This document shows positions 1-8,950 of a stretch of 18,553 nucleotides of DNA, in pieces. Each line of letters starts with the position of its first letter. Within the stretch, counting starts at the first letter, position 1. Under the pieces are notes generated by a model that had not been told where the DNA came from, did no database searches, and was given only the letters and a program-made list of their open reading frames with translations. Source of the DNA: Spirochaetota bacterium (GTDB lineage Bacteria; Spirochaetota; UBA4802; UBA5550); contig JBNKTL010000057.1 of assembly GCA_050298055.1 (NCBI GenBank), positions 2,313 to 20,865 of the forward strand, given 5' to 3'. The translations under genes and the position numbers were made by a program.

Positions 1-1
1 T

Positions 2-155
2 ATTCTTTAAAACTAAAATCCACCACAAATGTCGGACCCCCTAACCCCCAGAGGGGGCATAAGAGAATTTTCTTTAATTTCTTACGCCCCCTCAGGGGGC
101 CGGGGGGCCATCGGAGAGAGTAAGGGAAAATCAGTGAATTTTAAAAATAAAGAAT
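2..155. repeat. Imperfect palindromic intergenic element (REP/MITE-like) with nested CCCCC-nnn-GGGGG hairpins
   Basis: The left arm 37-69 (CCCCCTAACCCCCAGAGGGGGCATAAGAGAATT) matches the reverse complement of 76-107 (CCCCCCGGCCCCCTGAGGGGGCGTAAGAAATT). The outer arm 2-23 (ATTCTTTAAAACTAAAATCCAC) matches the reverse complement of 134-155 (ATTCTTTATTTTTAAAATTCAC). It may continue past the window edge. Confidence 0.7.
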
Positions 156-243
156 TATCCCAATAAATAAACACAATTCCACCTGCGACAATTTTACTCC
201 ACCCTGTCATCAAAAAAGCCGATTATATAGATGGAGGTATTTA

Positions 244-1503
244 ATGGCAAACCTGTACTACCACAGGATGATGGAGGGATTTCCCGACAGGCTCTACTCT
301 TCGGTGAGCTACGCAGCGGGATATTCAAAACGCGCATTTGTCCTGACAACACCTGACCGAGACGATCATGTCATCATCGATCCCACAGATGGAATGGACC
401 TCAGTTTTCCCGATCTTGCTCTCCTCAATGAACAGGGGATCGGGCCCAGACCGGAGAATGTCCACACAGGTCATTTTGACCATTTCCTCCACTGGTCGGA
501 AAATCTTGAACGGAACAGGGAACTTGTGGAAAAACTGGAAAGTTTTTCATTCGATTACCTTTTCCCCTTTACCGGCAAGTCAAGGATCTGCCACGCACTC
601 GCCGAAAGGCTTCGTATACCCGTAAGAACATCCGATTCAAAGACAAGCTACTGGGCTGAGGACAAAAAAACCCTGCTGGAGATGGAACATCTTTCAAAAA
701 TTCCCCCGGGAAATATTGTGACTGATAACAAAGACATTGTTGAATCTTTCAACAACCTTATTAAAAATCCCGGACACAGGGGGAAGGTTGTGCTCAAGGC
801 AGCCCAGTCCGCTTCCGGGACCGTGAGCAGTATCGTGGAGACCGAGGATCAGCTCCTGGACTTCATTAAGGAATTCGATTTTTCAGAGCTTGACGGCGGA
901 GTACTGGAAGAGTGGTATGAATCGGATAAAAGATCACCTTCAATAAACTATTTCATCTATCCCGACGGAAGGAGCAAGATACTCTTCATTTCAAACCAGA
1001 TCTTCGAAGACAGTGAGATAATTCACGGGAAAGAAGGAACCAGGGTCTACAGGGGGAACAGTTTTCCTACGGACTTTAACGATGATATAAAAGAAAAAAT
1101 TATCCGTAATACCGCACCCCTTGTGGGTGAACTCACAAAAAGGGGATACTGGGGCCCGGTGGGTTTTGATACAATTGTTGTGGGTGAAAGTGATAACTAT
1201 GTTACGGAGATAAACCCCAGGATAACAGGACCCCACTTCGGCTGGAGACCCATGAAAAACCTGGGGCTTTCATCTTTCTCACTGCAGAATGAAAAGATCA
1301 ACCCCGATGTTCCGTTTCACCGGCTCAGGAAAACCCTTGAGGATATACTCTACTGCAGAGGGAAAAGCGGCGGTTTCGTCATCTTTAATTTCTTTCCGGG
1401 GAAGTTTATCGGCCTCTCCCTGGGATCATCACCGGAGGAGGTAACGGAAGTCCGGGAGAAGAGCTCACGGCTGATAAAAAAGCTCAATGGCAGATCTAAT
1501 TGA
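244..1503 (+). CDS. ATP-grasp domain protein (pre-ATP-grasp plus ATP-grasp; putative amino-acid/peptide ligase)
   Basis: 419-aa ORF with GGAGG RBS at 233-237. ATP-grasp motifs: VVLKAAQSASGTVS, GVLEEWYE, GYWGPVGFDTIV, YVTEINPRITG. Confidence 0.8.
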   Translation: MANLYYHRMMEGFPDRLYSSVSYAAGYSKRAFVLTTPDRDDHVIIDPTDGMDLSFPDLALLNEQGIGPRPENVHTGHFDHFLHWSENLERNRELVEKLESFSFDYLFPFTGKSRICHALAERLRIPVRTSDSKTSYWAEDKKTLLEMEHLSKIPPGNIVTDNKDIVESFNNLIKNPGHRGKVVLKAAQSASGTVSSIVETEDQLLDFIKEFDFSELDGGVLEEWYESDKRSPSINYFIYPDGRSKILFISNQIFEDSEIIHGKEGTRVYRGNSFPTDFNDDIKEKIIRNTAPLVGELTKRGYWGPVGFDTIVVGESDNYVTEINPRITGPHFGWRPMKNLGLSSFSLQNEKINPDVPFHRLRKTLEDILYCRGKSGGFVIFNFFPGKFIGLSLGSSPEEVTEVREKSSRLIKKLNGRSN

Positions 1504-1510
1504 CCCTCAC

Positions 1511-3301
1511 TCAGAACAACTCCCCGTCCATTTCCAGGATGATTCCGCCGCTGTTTTCAAGAGTATCCGCAACTGAAGCGGCCCGGGGAAGTTCATACCT
1601 GTAAAAGTACTTCATTGTTAAAATCTTCCCGTTGTAATAATCGGCATCAGCAGGTTTCGCGTTTAATCCCTTACGCGCGGCAATCCCCTGGAGCAGCCAC
1701 TGCCACGCCATTGTTATGATGCCCATGAATTCCAGGTAAAGGGTCGAGTCGGCCATGAATATCTCTATCTCCCCTTTCAGGGCAAATGAGAGAAGATGGG
1801 CGGTTATACTCTCAAGAAGTGTCAGGGCGCCATCAAGCTGTTCCGCGTACTCTTTCAGCTCGGGGTCTTCTTTTCCCGCTGCTGTTGCCTCTTTCACCTC
1901 CCGGAAGTATATCTTCAGCGCCTTTCCGTTCTTCATGGTGACCTTTCGGCCCAGAAGGTCCATGCCCTGAATTCCCGTTGTGCCTTCATGGATGGTGTGT
2001 ATCCTGATGTCCCGCAGATACTGCTCTGCGGGAAAATCTTCGCAGTACCCGTACCCACCCAGGCACTGTATGGCCTGGCTGACCGAGAGTATTCCCATCT
2101 CCGCGGGGTAGGTTTTGGCAATCGGGGTCAGGAGGTCCAGAAGGAGAAGGTTCTTCTCCTTCTCTTCACCCTCTGTTACCCTTGCAAGATCTGCGAGTTT
2201 GCTGGCATAGATAATCAATGAGAGAGATCCCTCGGCAACGGCCTTCTGTACAAGAAGCATCCTCTTTACATCGGCATGCTGAATAATCGGAACCTGTGGC
2301 TTCAGAGGATCTTTCTCCATGAGCTTTCTTCCCTGGGGTCGTTCCCGGGCATATTCCAGTGAAGCATAATAGGCCGCGGTAGCTATCCCCGTGGCGGCAA
2401 GCCCTACACCTATTCTCGCCTCGTTCATCATCTGGAACATATACTTAAGGCCCATTCCCGGTTCGCCCACCAGGTAGCCCCTGCAGTTGTTCTCCTCTCC
2501 CATGACAAGCTGCACAATGGGGGCGCCCCGGTAGCCCATCTTATGGTAAAGCCCGGCGCAGCTTACATCATTGTCCTCAAGTCCCTTTTCCCCGGGCCTC
2601 AGCCGGGGAACCACAAAGAGAGAGAGCCCCTTGACACCCGCCCGCGCCCCTTTTATCCGGGCAAGCATGAGGTGGATGATGTTGTCCGCACCGTCATGGT
2701 CTCCCGCGGAGATGAATACCTTCTGGCCCTTTACCCGGTATGATCCGTCATCTGCCGGTTCCGCCGAGGTCTTTACGTCCGAGAGCGAACTGCCTGCTTC
2801 ATCCTCGGTGAGGGCCATGGTCCCCTGCCACTGCCCGGAGAACATACGGGGCAGATAGGTCTCCTTCAGTTCGGGGGAACCGAAAGATATGATCAGGTGA
2901 GCTGCTCCCGTTGTCAGGCCGGGATATACGGAAAGGGAGTAGTTTGCCGCGGCAAAAATAAACTGCGCCGCGTTGTAGACGCTTACCGGGAGCTGCTGGC
3001 CTCCCAGTTCTTCGGGAAAGATGCAATTAATCCAGCCCCCCTCTCCTGCCAGTTTCATAAACTCCCTGACAGCACCGTGGACCTTTACCCTTCCCTTCTC
3101 ATACACCGGGGGCTTCCTGTCCATCTCCGTGAAATGGGGATACATCTTTCCCTCTGATATATACCGGGCAGTGTCCAGGACCATGGCGAATGAATAGGCA
3201 TCGTGGCTGCTGAAATATTCATGGGCCGTAAGGGAACCCATATCAGACACCTCGAAGAGATGAAAGAGAAGGTCCCTGTGACTGTAGGTATTTTCCGGCA
3301 T
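1511..3301 (-). CDS. Acyl-CoA dehydrogenase (about 600-aa FadE/DmdC-like group)
   Basis: Motifs GTMALTEDEAGSSL, KGQKVFISAGDHD, HKMGYRG, MFQMMNEARIGVG, AIQCLGGYGY, IHTIHEGTTGIQGMDLLGRK. Confidence 0.95.
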   Translation of the reverse strand: MPENTYSHRDLLFHLFEVSDMGSLTAHEYFSSHDAYSFAMVLDTARYISEGKMYPHFTEMDRKPPVYEKGRVKVHGAVREFMKLAGEGGWINCIFPEELGGQQLPVSVYNAAQFIFAAANYSLSVYPGLTTGAAHLIISFGSPELKETYLPRMFSGQWQGTMALTEDEAGSSLSDVKTSAEPADDGSYRVKGQKVFISAGDHDGADNIIHLMLARIKGARAGVKGLSLFVVPRLRPGEKGLEDNDVSCAGLYHKMGYRGAPIVQLVMGEENNCRGYLVGEPGMGLKYMFQMMNEARIGVGLAATGIATAAYYASLEYARERPQGRKLMEKDPLKPQVPIIQHADVKRMLLVQKAVAEGSLSLIIYASKLADLARVTEGEEKEKNLLLLDLLTPIAKTYPAEMGILSVSQAIQCLGGYGYCEDFPAEQYLRDIRIHTIHEGTTGIQGMDLLGRKVTMKNGKALKIYFREVKEATAAGKEDPELKEYAEQLDGALTLLESITAHLLSFALKGEIEIFMADSTLYLEFMGIITMAWQWLLQGIAARKGLNAKPADADYYNGKILTMKYFYRYELPRAASVADTLENSGGIILEMDGELF

Positions 3302-3313
3302 GACGTTCCTCCT

Positions 3314-4306
3314 TTATCTTCCTTCCCGTATTGTCCTGTTAAAGATACCGATAATCCTCGGCTGGCACCATGACGTCAGGGAGATACTATCGATATATCC
3401 GCAATGCCCCCCGTATTCCTGCAGGTCAAGGGTGACAAACCCGTTCATCTCCGTTTCATGAAAGTCCTTCACCGGTATGACCGGGTCGTCCGACGAGGTT
3501 ATTATGGTCAGCGGTACATTGAGGCTGTCCAGGTAACCCTCTTTCAGGGTGTAATTGCCGAAGTAGGTTGCGGCATCGCCGTAATCGGTGAGTTCCCTGA
3601 CAAGTGCCTCGGTCATATCCATGGTCCTTTCCATATTAAGAACGCGGCTGAAATCGTAGAGGTCCGGAAAGAGTTCCTGTTTTTTTCTGAGTGAACGCTT
3701 CCATTTTTTCAGGAAGTACTTCCTTATGGAATTCATTTCATCAATCCTGAGGGTGGCCAGCAGGGGGTCCAGGGCGGGATTGACACAGACAACATGCCGC
3801 AGGTTATTAAGGGGATCATCACGGTGCATCCGGGCTATCCTGATGGAGAAGTTGCCCCCCATGGAAAAGCCCACAATGAATACCGGCAGGTCTCCCGCGG
3901 AAGCGGCTACCAGCTTATCAGCCTCAAAGGCTTCCTCGATAAGGGTACCGTAGAATATCCCCCGGTTGAGATGGTGGGTCTCCCCGTGGTCCCTCATGTT
4001 CAGCCTGAAGACATCGTACCCGTTGTCGAAGAAGAGCTTCCCGGTGCTTACAATATACGCGGAGTTCGCGCTCCCCTCCCAGCCGTGATGGAGTATCACC
4101 ATCCCTCTGGGCTTCCTTCCTTCAGCCCGGGAGAGAAAACCCTGCAACCTTGTTCCGTTTGAGCAGGAGAGGATCTCTTCTTTGGCACAGTTGATGAAAC
4201 TCCTGCTCCGGAGATTTCGCAGCTTGTTGCTTGCAAGCACTGTCTGGAGCAGGGGATTCCGGAGGTAAAAAGGGGGGATAAATTTATCGGCAGTGTTCAT
4301 GGGCAT
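3314..4306 (-). CDS. Alpha/beta-fold hydrolase, YheT-like esterase
   Basis: N-terminal FIPPFYLRNPLLQTV, HGWEGS, RLNMRDHG, nucleophile elbow GFSMGG, DDPVIP and GGHCGY, giving a Ser-Asp-His triad. Confidence 0.9.
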   Translation of the reverse strand: MPMNTADKFIPPFYLRNPLLQTVLASNKLRNLRSRSFINCAKEEILSCSNGTRLQGFLSRAEGRKPRGMVILHHGWEGSANSAYIVSTGKLFFDNGYDVFRLNMRDHGETHHLNRGIFYGTLIEEAFEADKLVAASAGDLPVFIVGFSMGGNFSIRIARMHRDDPLNNLRHVVCVNPALDPLLATLRIDEMNSIRKYFLKKWKRSLRKKQELFPDLYDFSRVLNMERTMDMTEALVRELTDYGDAATYFGNYTLKEGYLDSLNVPLTIITSSDDPVIPVKDFHETEMNGFVTLDLQEYGGHCGYIDSISLTSWCQPRIIGIFNRTIREGR

Positions 4307-4341
4307 TTGTTTTATAAAATGATAAGACCGGGAACCGAACG

Positions 4342-5358
4342 TCAGTTAACATCTCCCATGGTTACGCAGTTTTTCCCGCTCTTCTTGCTGTCATACATGG
4401 CCCGGTCTGCCATCTGAAGGAGATCGGCGGAACTGACCGCTTCACCGGAATAGAGGCTGACCCCGATACTGCAGGTAATTTTTACGAAATCTCCGTTATC
4501 TTCACCAAAAAAACGGAACGAATCAACTTCTTTACAGATTTTTTTTGCCAGTGTTTCCGCCCCATCGGCCCCGGTATTGGGGGCGATAATAACAAATTCA
4601 TCACCTCCGAACCTTCCGATGATGTCAACTTTTCTGCAGCATTTTTTAAAAATGCGTGTAATATCGTAGAGAAGCTTGTCCCCCAGAAGATGGCCGTGAC
4701 GGTCATTAAAATTCTTGAATCCGTCAAGGTCGATAAAAAGCACAGACAGGTTTTCCCCGTATCTCTTGCTTCTCTCAAGTTCAATATCAAGCTGGTCAAA
4801 AAGAGACCTCTTGTTGAGGGTCCCCGTGAGTGAATCGTTCTGGGCATTGAGCTGGAGTTCGTTGATAAGCCGTGATTTCTCCACTGCCTCAACCGCCTCG
4901 GAAGAAAAAATACTCAAAAGAATCTGGTCCTTGTCATTAAACCGGTTGTTATTTTTCTTGTAGACCGTTATGCATCCGATAACCTTTTCCTTTGTCTTCA
5001 TGGGAACACACAAAACAGACTTAATCAGATCGTTTTGCGCAAGTTCGGGATACCTGCAGTCCGCTTCCTTCAAAATATCAGCTGTTACGAATATTTCCCC
5101 GGCCTCTATGGCCTTTCCAATGACCCCTTCGCCGACCCTGATAGGGTCCTGTGAGAGAAATTCTTCCGATACACCCTGGCTTTTCACGATTTTCAGGCTC
5201 CCGTCCTCCACATCAAAAAGCCTTATTGTCCCGGCATCGGCGCCGGTAAGAGCAATAGATGTCTTTATGATATGGGTGAACACATCCTCAATACCGTCAA
5301 AAATGATAAGCCTTTCGGTTATCATAAAAATCCTGTTGAGTATTTCATTATTTTCCAT
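4342..5358 (-). CDS. GAF-GGDEF diguanylate cyclase
   Basis: GAF domain (GEGVIGKA, SVLCVPM, VIGCITVY), then DSLTGTLNKR, FIDLDGFKNFNDRHGHLLGD and GRFGGDEF, with an RxxD I-site (RKVD). Confidence 0.95.
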   Translation of the reverse strand: MENNEILNRIFMITERLIIFDGIEDVFTHIIKTSIALTGADAGTIRLFDVEDGSLKIVKSQGVSEEFLSQDPIRVGEGVIGKAIEAGEIFVTADILKEADCRYPELAQNDLIKSVLCVPMKTKEKVIGCITVYKKNNNRFNDKDQILLSIFSSEAVEAVEKSRLINELQLNAQNDSLTGTLNKRSLFDQLDIELERSKRYGENLSVLFIDLDGFKNFNDRHGHLLGDKLLYDITRIFKKCCRKVDIIGRFGGDEFVIIAPNTGADGAETLAKKICKEVDSFRFFGEDNGDFVKITCSIGVSLYSGEAVSSADLLQMADRAMYDSKKSGKNCVTMGDVN

Positions 5359-5508
5359 GCAATTTACCGCTGAAAAAAGGCTGTATTATCCCGGGAAAAA
5401 CCCGGAGATCAATATTCATTAGAATCTCAGTTATATTTATTTGTCCAATCTTTTCTTTCGAAAATATAATTTTTAGGCTTATTCCCTGATTTTCGAAGTA
5501 TATGCTGA

Positions 5509-5730
5509 AAATATAGTCAGGCTGAAGAGGCCATCTGTATAAATATTTCAAAGCGTGATGGTGTTGAACAGCCAAACTCAAAAACATTCGTTGCGCAATG
5601 TGGAGTTACACCACGTACTATCAGTAAGATAATAATAAAGTTTCTTGATAAGGGAATAATTGAAAAAACAGGAGGGCTTTACAGGCTTACTGATCCTTTA
5701 TTTAATTTTTAGTTAAAATTATTCAGATAA
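5509..5730 (+). pseudogene. Remnant C-terminal winged-helix of an AAA/archaeal-type ATPase
   Basis: Hand translation: KYSQAEEAICINISKRDGVEQPNSKTFVAQCGVTPRTISKIIIKFLDKGIIEKTGGLYRLTDPLFNF*LKLFR*. There is no start codon, and TAG (5710-5712) sits where the usual 'DPLFxxWL' Trp would be. Confidence 0.6.
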
Positions 5731-5744
5731 GTCAATAACAGAGC

Positions 5745-6267
5745 AGGGAACTCCTTGATATTGCCACGGATCATTCGTACTTGCCGCAGAGAAGCTTATT
5801 GCTATCGGTGTCAATGAAGGCGAGCTCCATCTCCGGGAATGGGCACATATGGCGATGATTTAAAGCTGGCATACTGGGCCGCATACGCGCTGGCAGAAAT
5901 GCAAAATCCCCATGGCATTTCCGCTTTAAAAAGGCTTACACAATCAGATGATCCCGAAATCAGGGAATGGGCCGGAGAAAGGCTTGAAGTGGCACGGCGC
6001 CGGAAGCGAATGAGTGACGGCTTTGAACGCAATGGTGCAGTATGGACCGCCCTTTTGAAGGCTCCGGATCCGGCAAAAGTTTTTCTGGAACACTTTCAGG
6101 CAATTGCCACAACCCCGCGCTGCCGGGAAATCATTGCAGAGGTGGCTCCCTGCGTGGTAAAGATCCGGGTTGATAAAGAAGAGATGACACTGAACTTTGA
6201 GCTGTCTCATGAACGCAGGATTATCGCGGAAATCTCCGCCGACCATGAACCGCATTATCTGCCGCCG
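5745..6267 (+). pseudogene. Frameshifted, truncated HEAT-repeat protein fragment
   Basis: The frame at 5780 gives LAAEKLIAIGVNEGELHLREWAH. It shifts to the 5839 frame, GDDLKLAYWAAYALAEMQNPHGISALKRLTQSDDPEIREWAGERL, which is HEAT-like. It has no stop of its own and runs into the antisense of the DUF2179 gene at 6268. The boundaries are approximate. Confidence 0.55.
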
Positions 6268-6816
6268 TTACCTCATCTGCCTGTTAAAGACATTGAGAAC
6301 GCTTTTCTTTCCGATAAACCCGCCGTTCAAAGGCCTGACATCCTCAAGGGTTATAAGGGCCGCAGGCTCAAGAACCTCTATAATATCAATCACTCTCTTT
6401 ATCTCTTTTCTCGGGATAACCGAATAAATGATGAATATCTCTCCCTCATGGCTCGTCCCCTCCACTACGCTCACATCAAATCCTTCCTCCCTGAGGTGCA
6501 TGGGAAGGGCGGTGATTCCCTTGGTGGTGATGATTCTCACCGATACAAAACCGATCGCCACCTTCTCCTCCAGCCACATCCCGATATAGTTACCGATGGC
6601 AAAACCCACCGCGTAAATGATATAACTGTACACACTGTTAACATTCTGCAGCGCCCTGCTGACCGCGTAGAGCCAGATGATGACTTCAAAGAAGCCAAGG
6701 AAAGGGGCAATGTTCTTAAACCCCCTGGCTATCAAAATAATCCTGAACGTCCGTATGGTTACGTCCAGCACCCGCGCAAAAAAGATCAGCAACATGACTA
6801 CAGCCTGGTTATCCAT
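6268..6816 (-). CDS. DUF2179/UPF0316 (YebE-like) membrane protein
   Basis: IFFARVLDVTIRTFRIILIARG, LGFFEVIIWL, YAVGFAIGNYIGMWLEEKVAIG and a small soluble C-terminal domain. ATG at 6816 is preferred over GTG at 6825 because GGAG (6825-6828) lies 8 nt upstream of it. Confidence 0.9.
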   Translation of the reverse strand: MDNQAVVMLLIFFARVLDVTIRTFRIILIARGFKNIAPFLGFFEVIIWLYAVSRALQNVNSVYSYIIYAVGFAIGNYIGMWLEEKVAIGFVSVRIITTKGITALPMHLREEGFDVSVVEGTSHEGEIFIIYSVIPRKEIKRVIDIIEVLEPAALITLEDVRPLNGGFIGKKSVLNVFNRQMR

Positions 6817-6873
6817 TATCCGCACTCCAAATAAAAAATTTCATTGAGATGGTTGGAATTGAAAGTGTTTCCC

Positions 6874-6890
6874 CCGGCGATGACCGCCGG
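6874..6890 (-). terminator. Small GC hairpin just downstream of the beta-subunit gene (possible terminator or processing site)
   Basis: CCGGCG-ATGAC-CGCCGG, extendable with the TGTTTCC/GGAACA flanks. There is no clear U-tract. Confidence 0.25.
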
Positions 6891-6903
6891 CCGGAACAGG
6901 GTG

Positions 6904-7788
6904 TTACATCTTCAGCCGGTGCTGGAGCCCGTCCCACCGCCTGTCCACAATATCCTGTATCATCTTAATATCCGGCTCCTCAAGGTGGTCAAAACGTCCC
7001 TGGCACTTCAGGTATTCCGCAACGGGGACCGGTTCGGGGTCCCGGGACAGCTCGTACCTGCTGCCGTCAAAAACTTCATAGAGGGGAAAGACCCGGGAAA
7101 GAGTGGCCATCCGGGCAACCTTTATGGAGAACTCGGAGGATATCTTCCACCCCGGGGGACAGGAAGAGAGAAGGTGGATAAATCGGGTCCCCTTCATGCC
7201 CATGGCCTTTTCAATCTTTGACGCATAATCCCCGGGGTACGCTATATTCGCGGTGGCCGCGTAGGGGACCGCATGGGCGGCCATGATCTCTATGATGTTC
7301 TTTTTCTGTCTCTCCTTGGGATGCTCTTTCGGCGTAGTCGTTGTCCATGCCCTGCAGGGTGTGGCGGAACTTCGCTGGATCCCGGTATTCATGTACGCCT
7401 CGTTGTCGTAACAGATATAGATAATATCCTCGTTCCTCTCCGCGGCCCCGGAGAGAGACTGGAGCCCGATATCGAATGTACCCCCGTCACCTGCCCACGC
7501 CAGCACATTGACATCATCCATACCCCTGACCCGGAGCGCCGCGGAGACACCGGAAGCCGCGGATGCCGCGGTCTCAAAGGCCGTATGAAGCAGGGGGACC
7601 TTGATGGAGGTCAGGGGATAGGGCGCGGCTATGACGGATGAACATGACGCGGGCAGCACCATAATGGTCTTTTTCCCCAGGACCTTGAGGGCCATCCTCA
7701 GTCCCAGTGCGGCGCCGCATCCCTGGCACCCGAAATGTCCCTTTTCAAGGAGCTCTTCCTTTTCAAATATACCTTCCGGAAGGTTCAT
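6904..7788 (-). CDS. porB: 2-oxoacid:acceptor oxidoreductase beta subunit (TPP-binding, PorB/VorB type)
   Basis: GHFGCQGCG, AFETAASAASG, TPP motif GDGGTFDIG...DNEAYMNTGIQRSSATP, SCPPGW. Confidence 0.92.
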   Translation of the reverse strand: MNLPEGIFEKEELLEKGHFGCQGCGAALGLRMALKVLGKKTIMVLPASCSSVIAAPYPLTSIKVPLLHTAFETAASAASGVSAALRVRGMDDVNVLAWAGDGGTFDIGLQSLSGAAERNEDIIYICYDNEAYMNTGIQRSSATPCRAWTTTTPKEHPKERQKKNIIEIMAAHAVPYAATANIAYPGDYASKIEKAMGMKGTRFIHLLSSCPPGWKISSEFSIKVARMATLSRVFPLYEVFDGSRYELSRDPEPVPVAEYLKCQGRFDHLEEPDIKMIQDIVDRRWDGLQHRLKM

Positions 7789-7792
7789 CTTT

Positions 7793-8950
7793 TCACCCCT
7801 CTTCGTTCACGCCCTGCCAGTGTACAGGGACATCGCCTTTGGTCCGGCGGTCACCGGTTATGATCTCTCTCAAGACACCGGGTGTCACATCCTTTCCCCC
7901 GAGACCGGTCACCGTCCCGGTCACGGAGGGAGGGTTTTCCACACCGTAAAGGGCGTTCCTGATCTCCTGGGCAAATATTCCCCCCATGCCGGGAGAGAGG
8001 TTCCTGTCGATGACAATAACTTCATCCCTCCCCGCGAGTGCCTTTTTTATTTCCCTGTAGGGGAAGGGCCTGAAAAACCTGATCTTAACCATACCGATCT
8101 TTTCGCCCCTCTCCCGGAGCTCATCTATGATAATTCTTGAAGTCCCCGCTATTGTCCCCGCGCAGACCACCACTTTTTCCGCGTCATCCATCCTGTATTC
8201 CTCCAGCAGCCCGTACCTTCGGTTAAACCGGTTGAAATATTTTTCGGAAACCGCCTCCACCACTCCCGGAACGGCCTCCATTGCCTTCTGCTGCCTGTAC
8301 CTTAAATCCATATAGTCATTGGGGAACATGATTGAACTGACGGCACCGGGCCTTTCCGGATCCAGGAAGATATCCGGATCATAGGGAGGAAGGATTTCAT
8401 CAACTTCCCCCTGTTCCGGGATATCAACAGGTTCCGATGTATGGGAAAGATAGAAGGCGTCGTAAACAATCATCACCGGGAGCATTACCCGCTCGGCCAG
8501 CATATACGCCATGATAACACTGTCCAGTATCTCCTGTCCCGATTCACAGTAGACCTGTATCCAGCCGGTGTCCCTCTGGGCAAGAGAATCGGTCTGGTCC
8601 GCCCAGATACTCCAGGCCGGGGCAAGGGCGCGGTTCACATTGACCATGACAATGGGCAGTCTTCCTCCCGCGGCCCAGTGAAGAAGCTCATGCATGAGGG
8701 CAAGTCCCTGGGAGGATGTGGCGGTGAAGGTACGGACACCGGTTGAAGCCGCTCCTATGAGGCTGGCCATTGCCGAGTGCTCCGATTCAACCTCCATGTA
8801 CCGTGCATCCAGCTTTCCGCTTGCACAGAGTTCGGAGAGAAATTCCACTATCTGCGTCTGCGGAGTTATGGGGTAGGCGGCGATCACCCTGACCCGTGAA
8901 AGCATGACCCCGTAGGATGCCGCGTGGTTTCCGATAATGACCTTTCTCAT
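7793..8950 (-). CDS. porA: 2-oxoacid:acceptor oxidoreductase alpha subunit
   Basis: AAYPITPQT, VESEHSAM, TATSSQGLALMHE, RDTGWIQ, FFRPFP, GLGGKDV. Confidence 0.93.
   Translation of the reverse strand: MRKVIIGNHAASYGVMLSRVRVIAAYPITPQTQIVEFLSELCASGKLDARYMEVESEHSAMASLIGAASTGVRTFTATSSQGLALMHELLHWAAGGRLPIVMVNVNRALAPAWSIWADQTDSLAQRDTGWIQVYCESGQEILDSVIMAYMLAERVMLPVMIVYDAFYLSHTSEPVDIPEQGEVDEILPPYDPDIFLDPERPGAVSSIMFPNDYMDLRYRQQKAMEAVPGVVEAVSEKYFNRFNRRYGLLEEYRMDDAEKVVVCAGTIAGTSRIIIDELRERGEKIGMVKIRFFRPFPYREIKKALAGRDEVIVIDRNLSPGMGGIFAQEIRNALYGVENPPSVTGTVTGLGGKDVTPGVLREIITGDRRTKGDVPVHWQGVNEEG

Noticed and set aside
5389..5408. CCGGG-AAAAA-CCCGG hairpin upstream of the GGDEF gene
   Set aside because: The stem is only 5 bp and CCCGG/CCGGG words are very frequent throughout this window.
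5348..5587. 79-aa minus-strand ORF upstream of the GGDEF gene
   Set aside because: It is AT-rich with no recognisable motif, and it overlaps the opposite-strand ATPase remnant and the probable promoter region.
5710..5712. TAG as pyrrolysine or stop-codon recoding
   Set aside because: TAG terminates the HD-GYP gene normally, no intact gene here has an internal TAG, and the fragment also lacks a start codon.
5839..6834. 331-aa + strand ORF as a real gene
   Set aside because: From 6268 onward it is the antisense of the well-supported DUF2179 gene. Only the first ~143 aa look protein-like, and there is no clear RBS.
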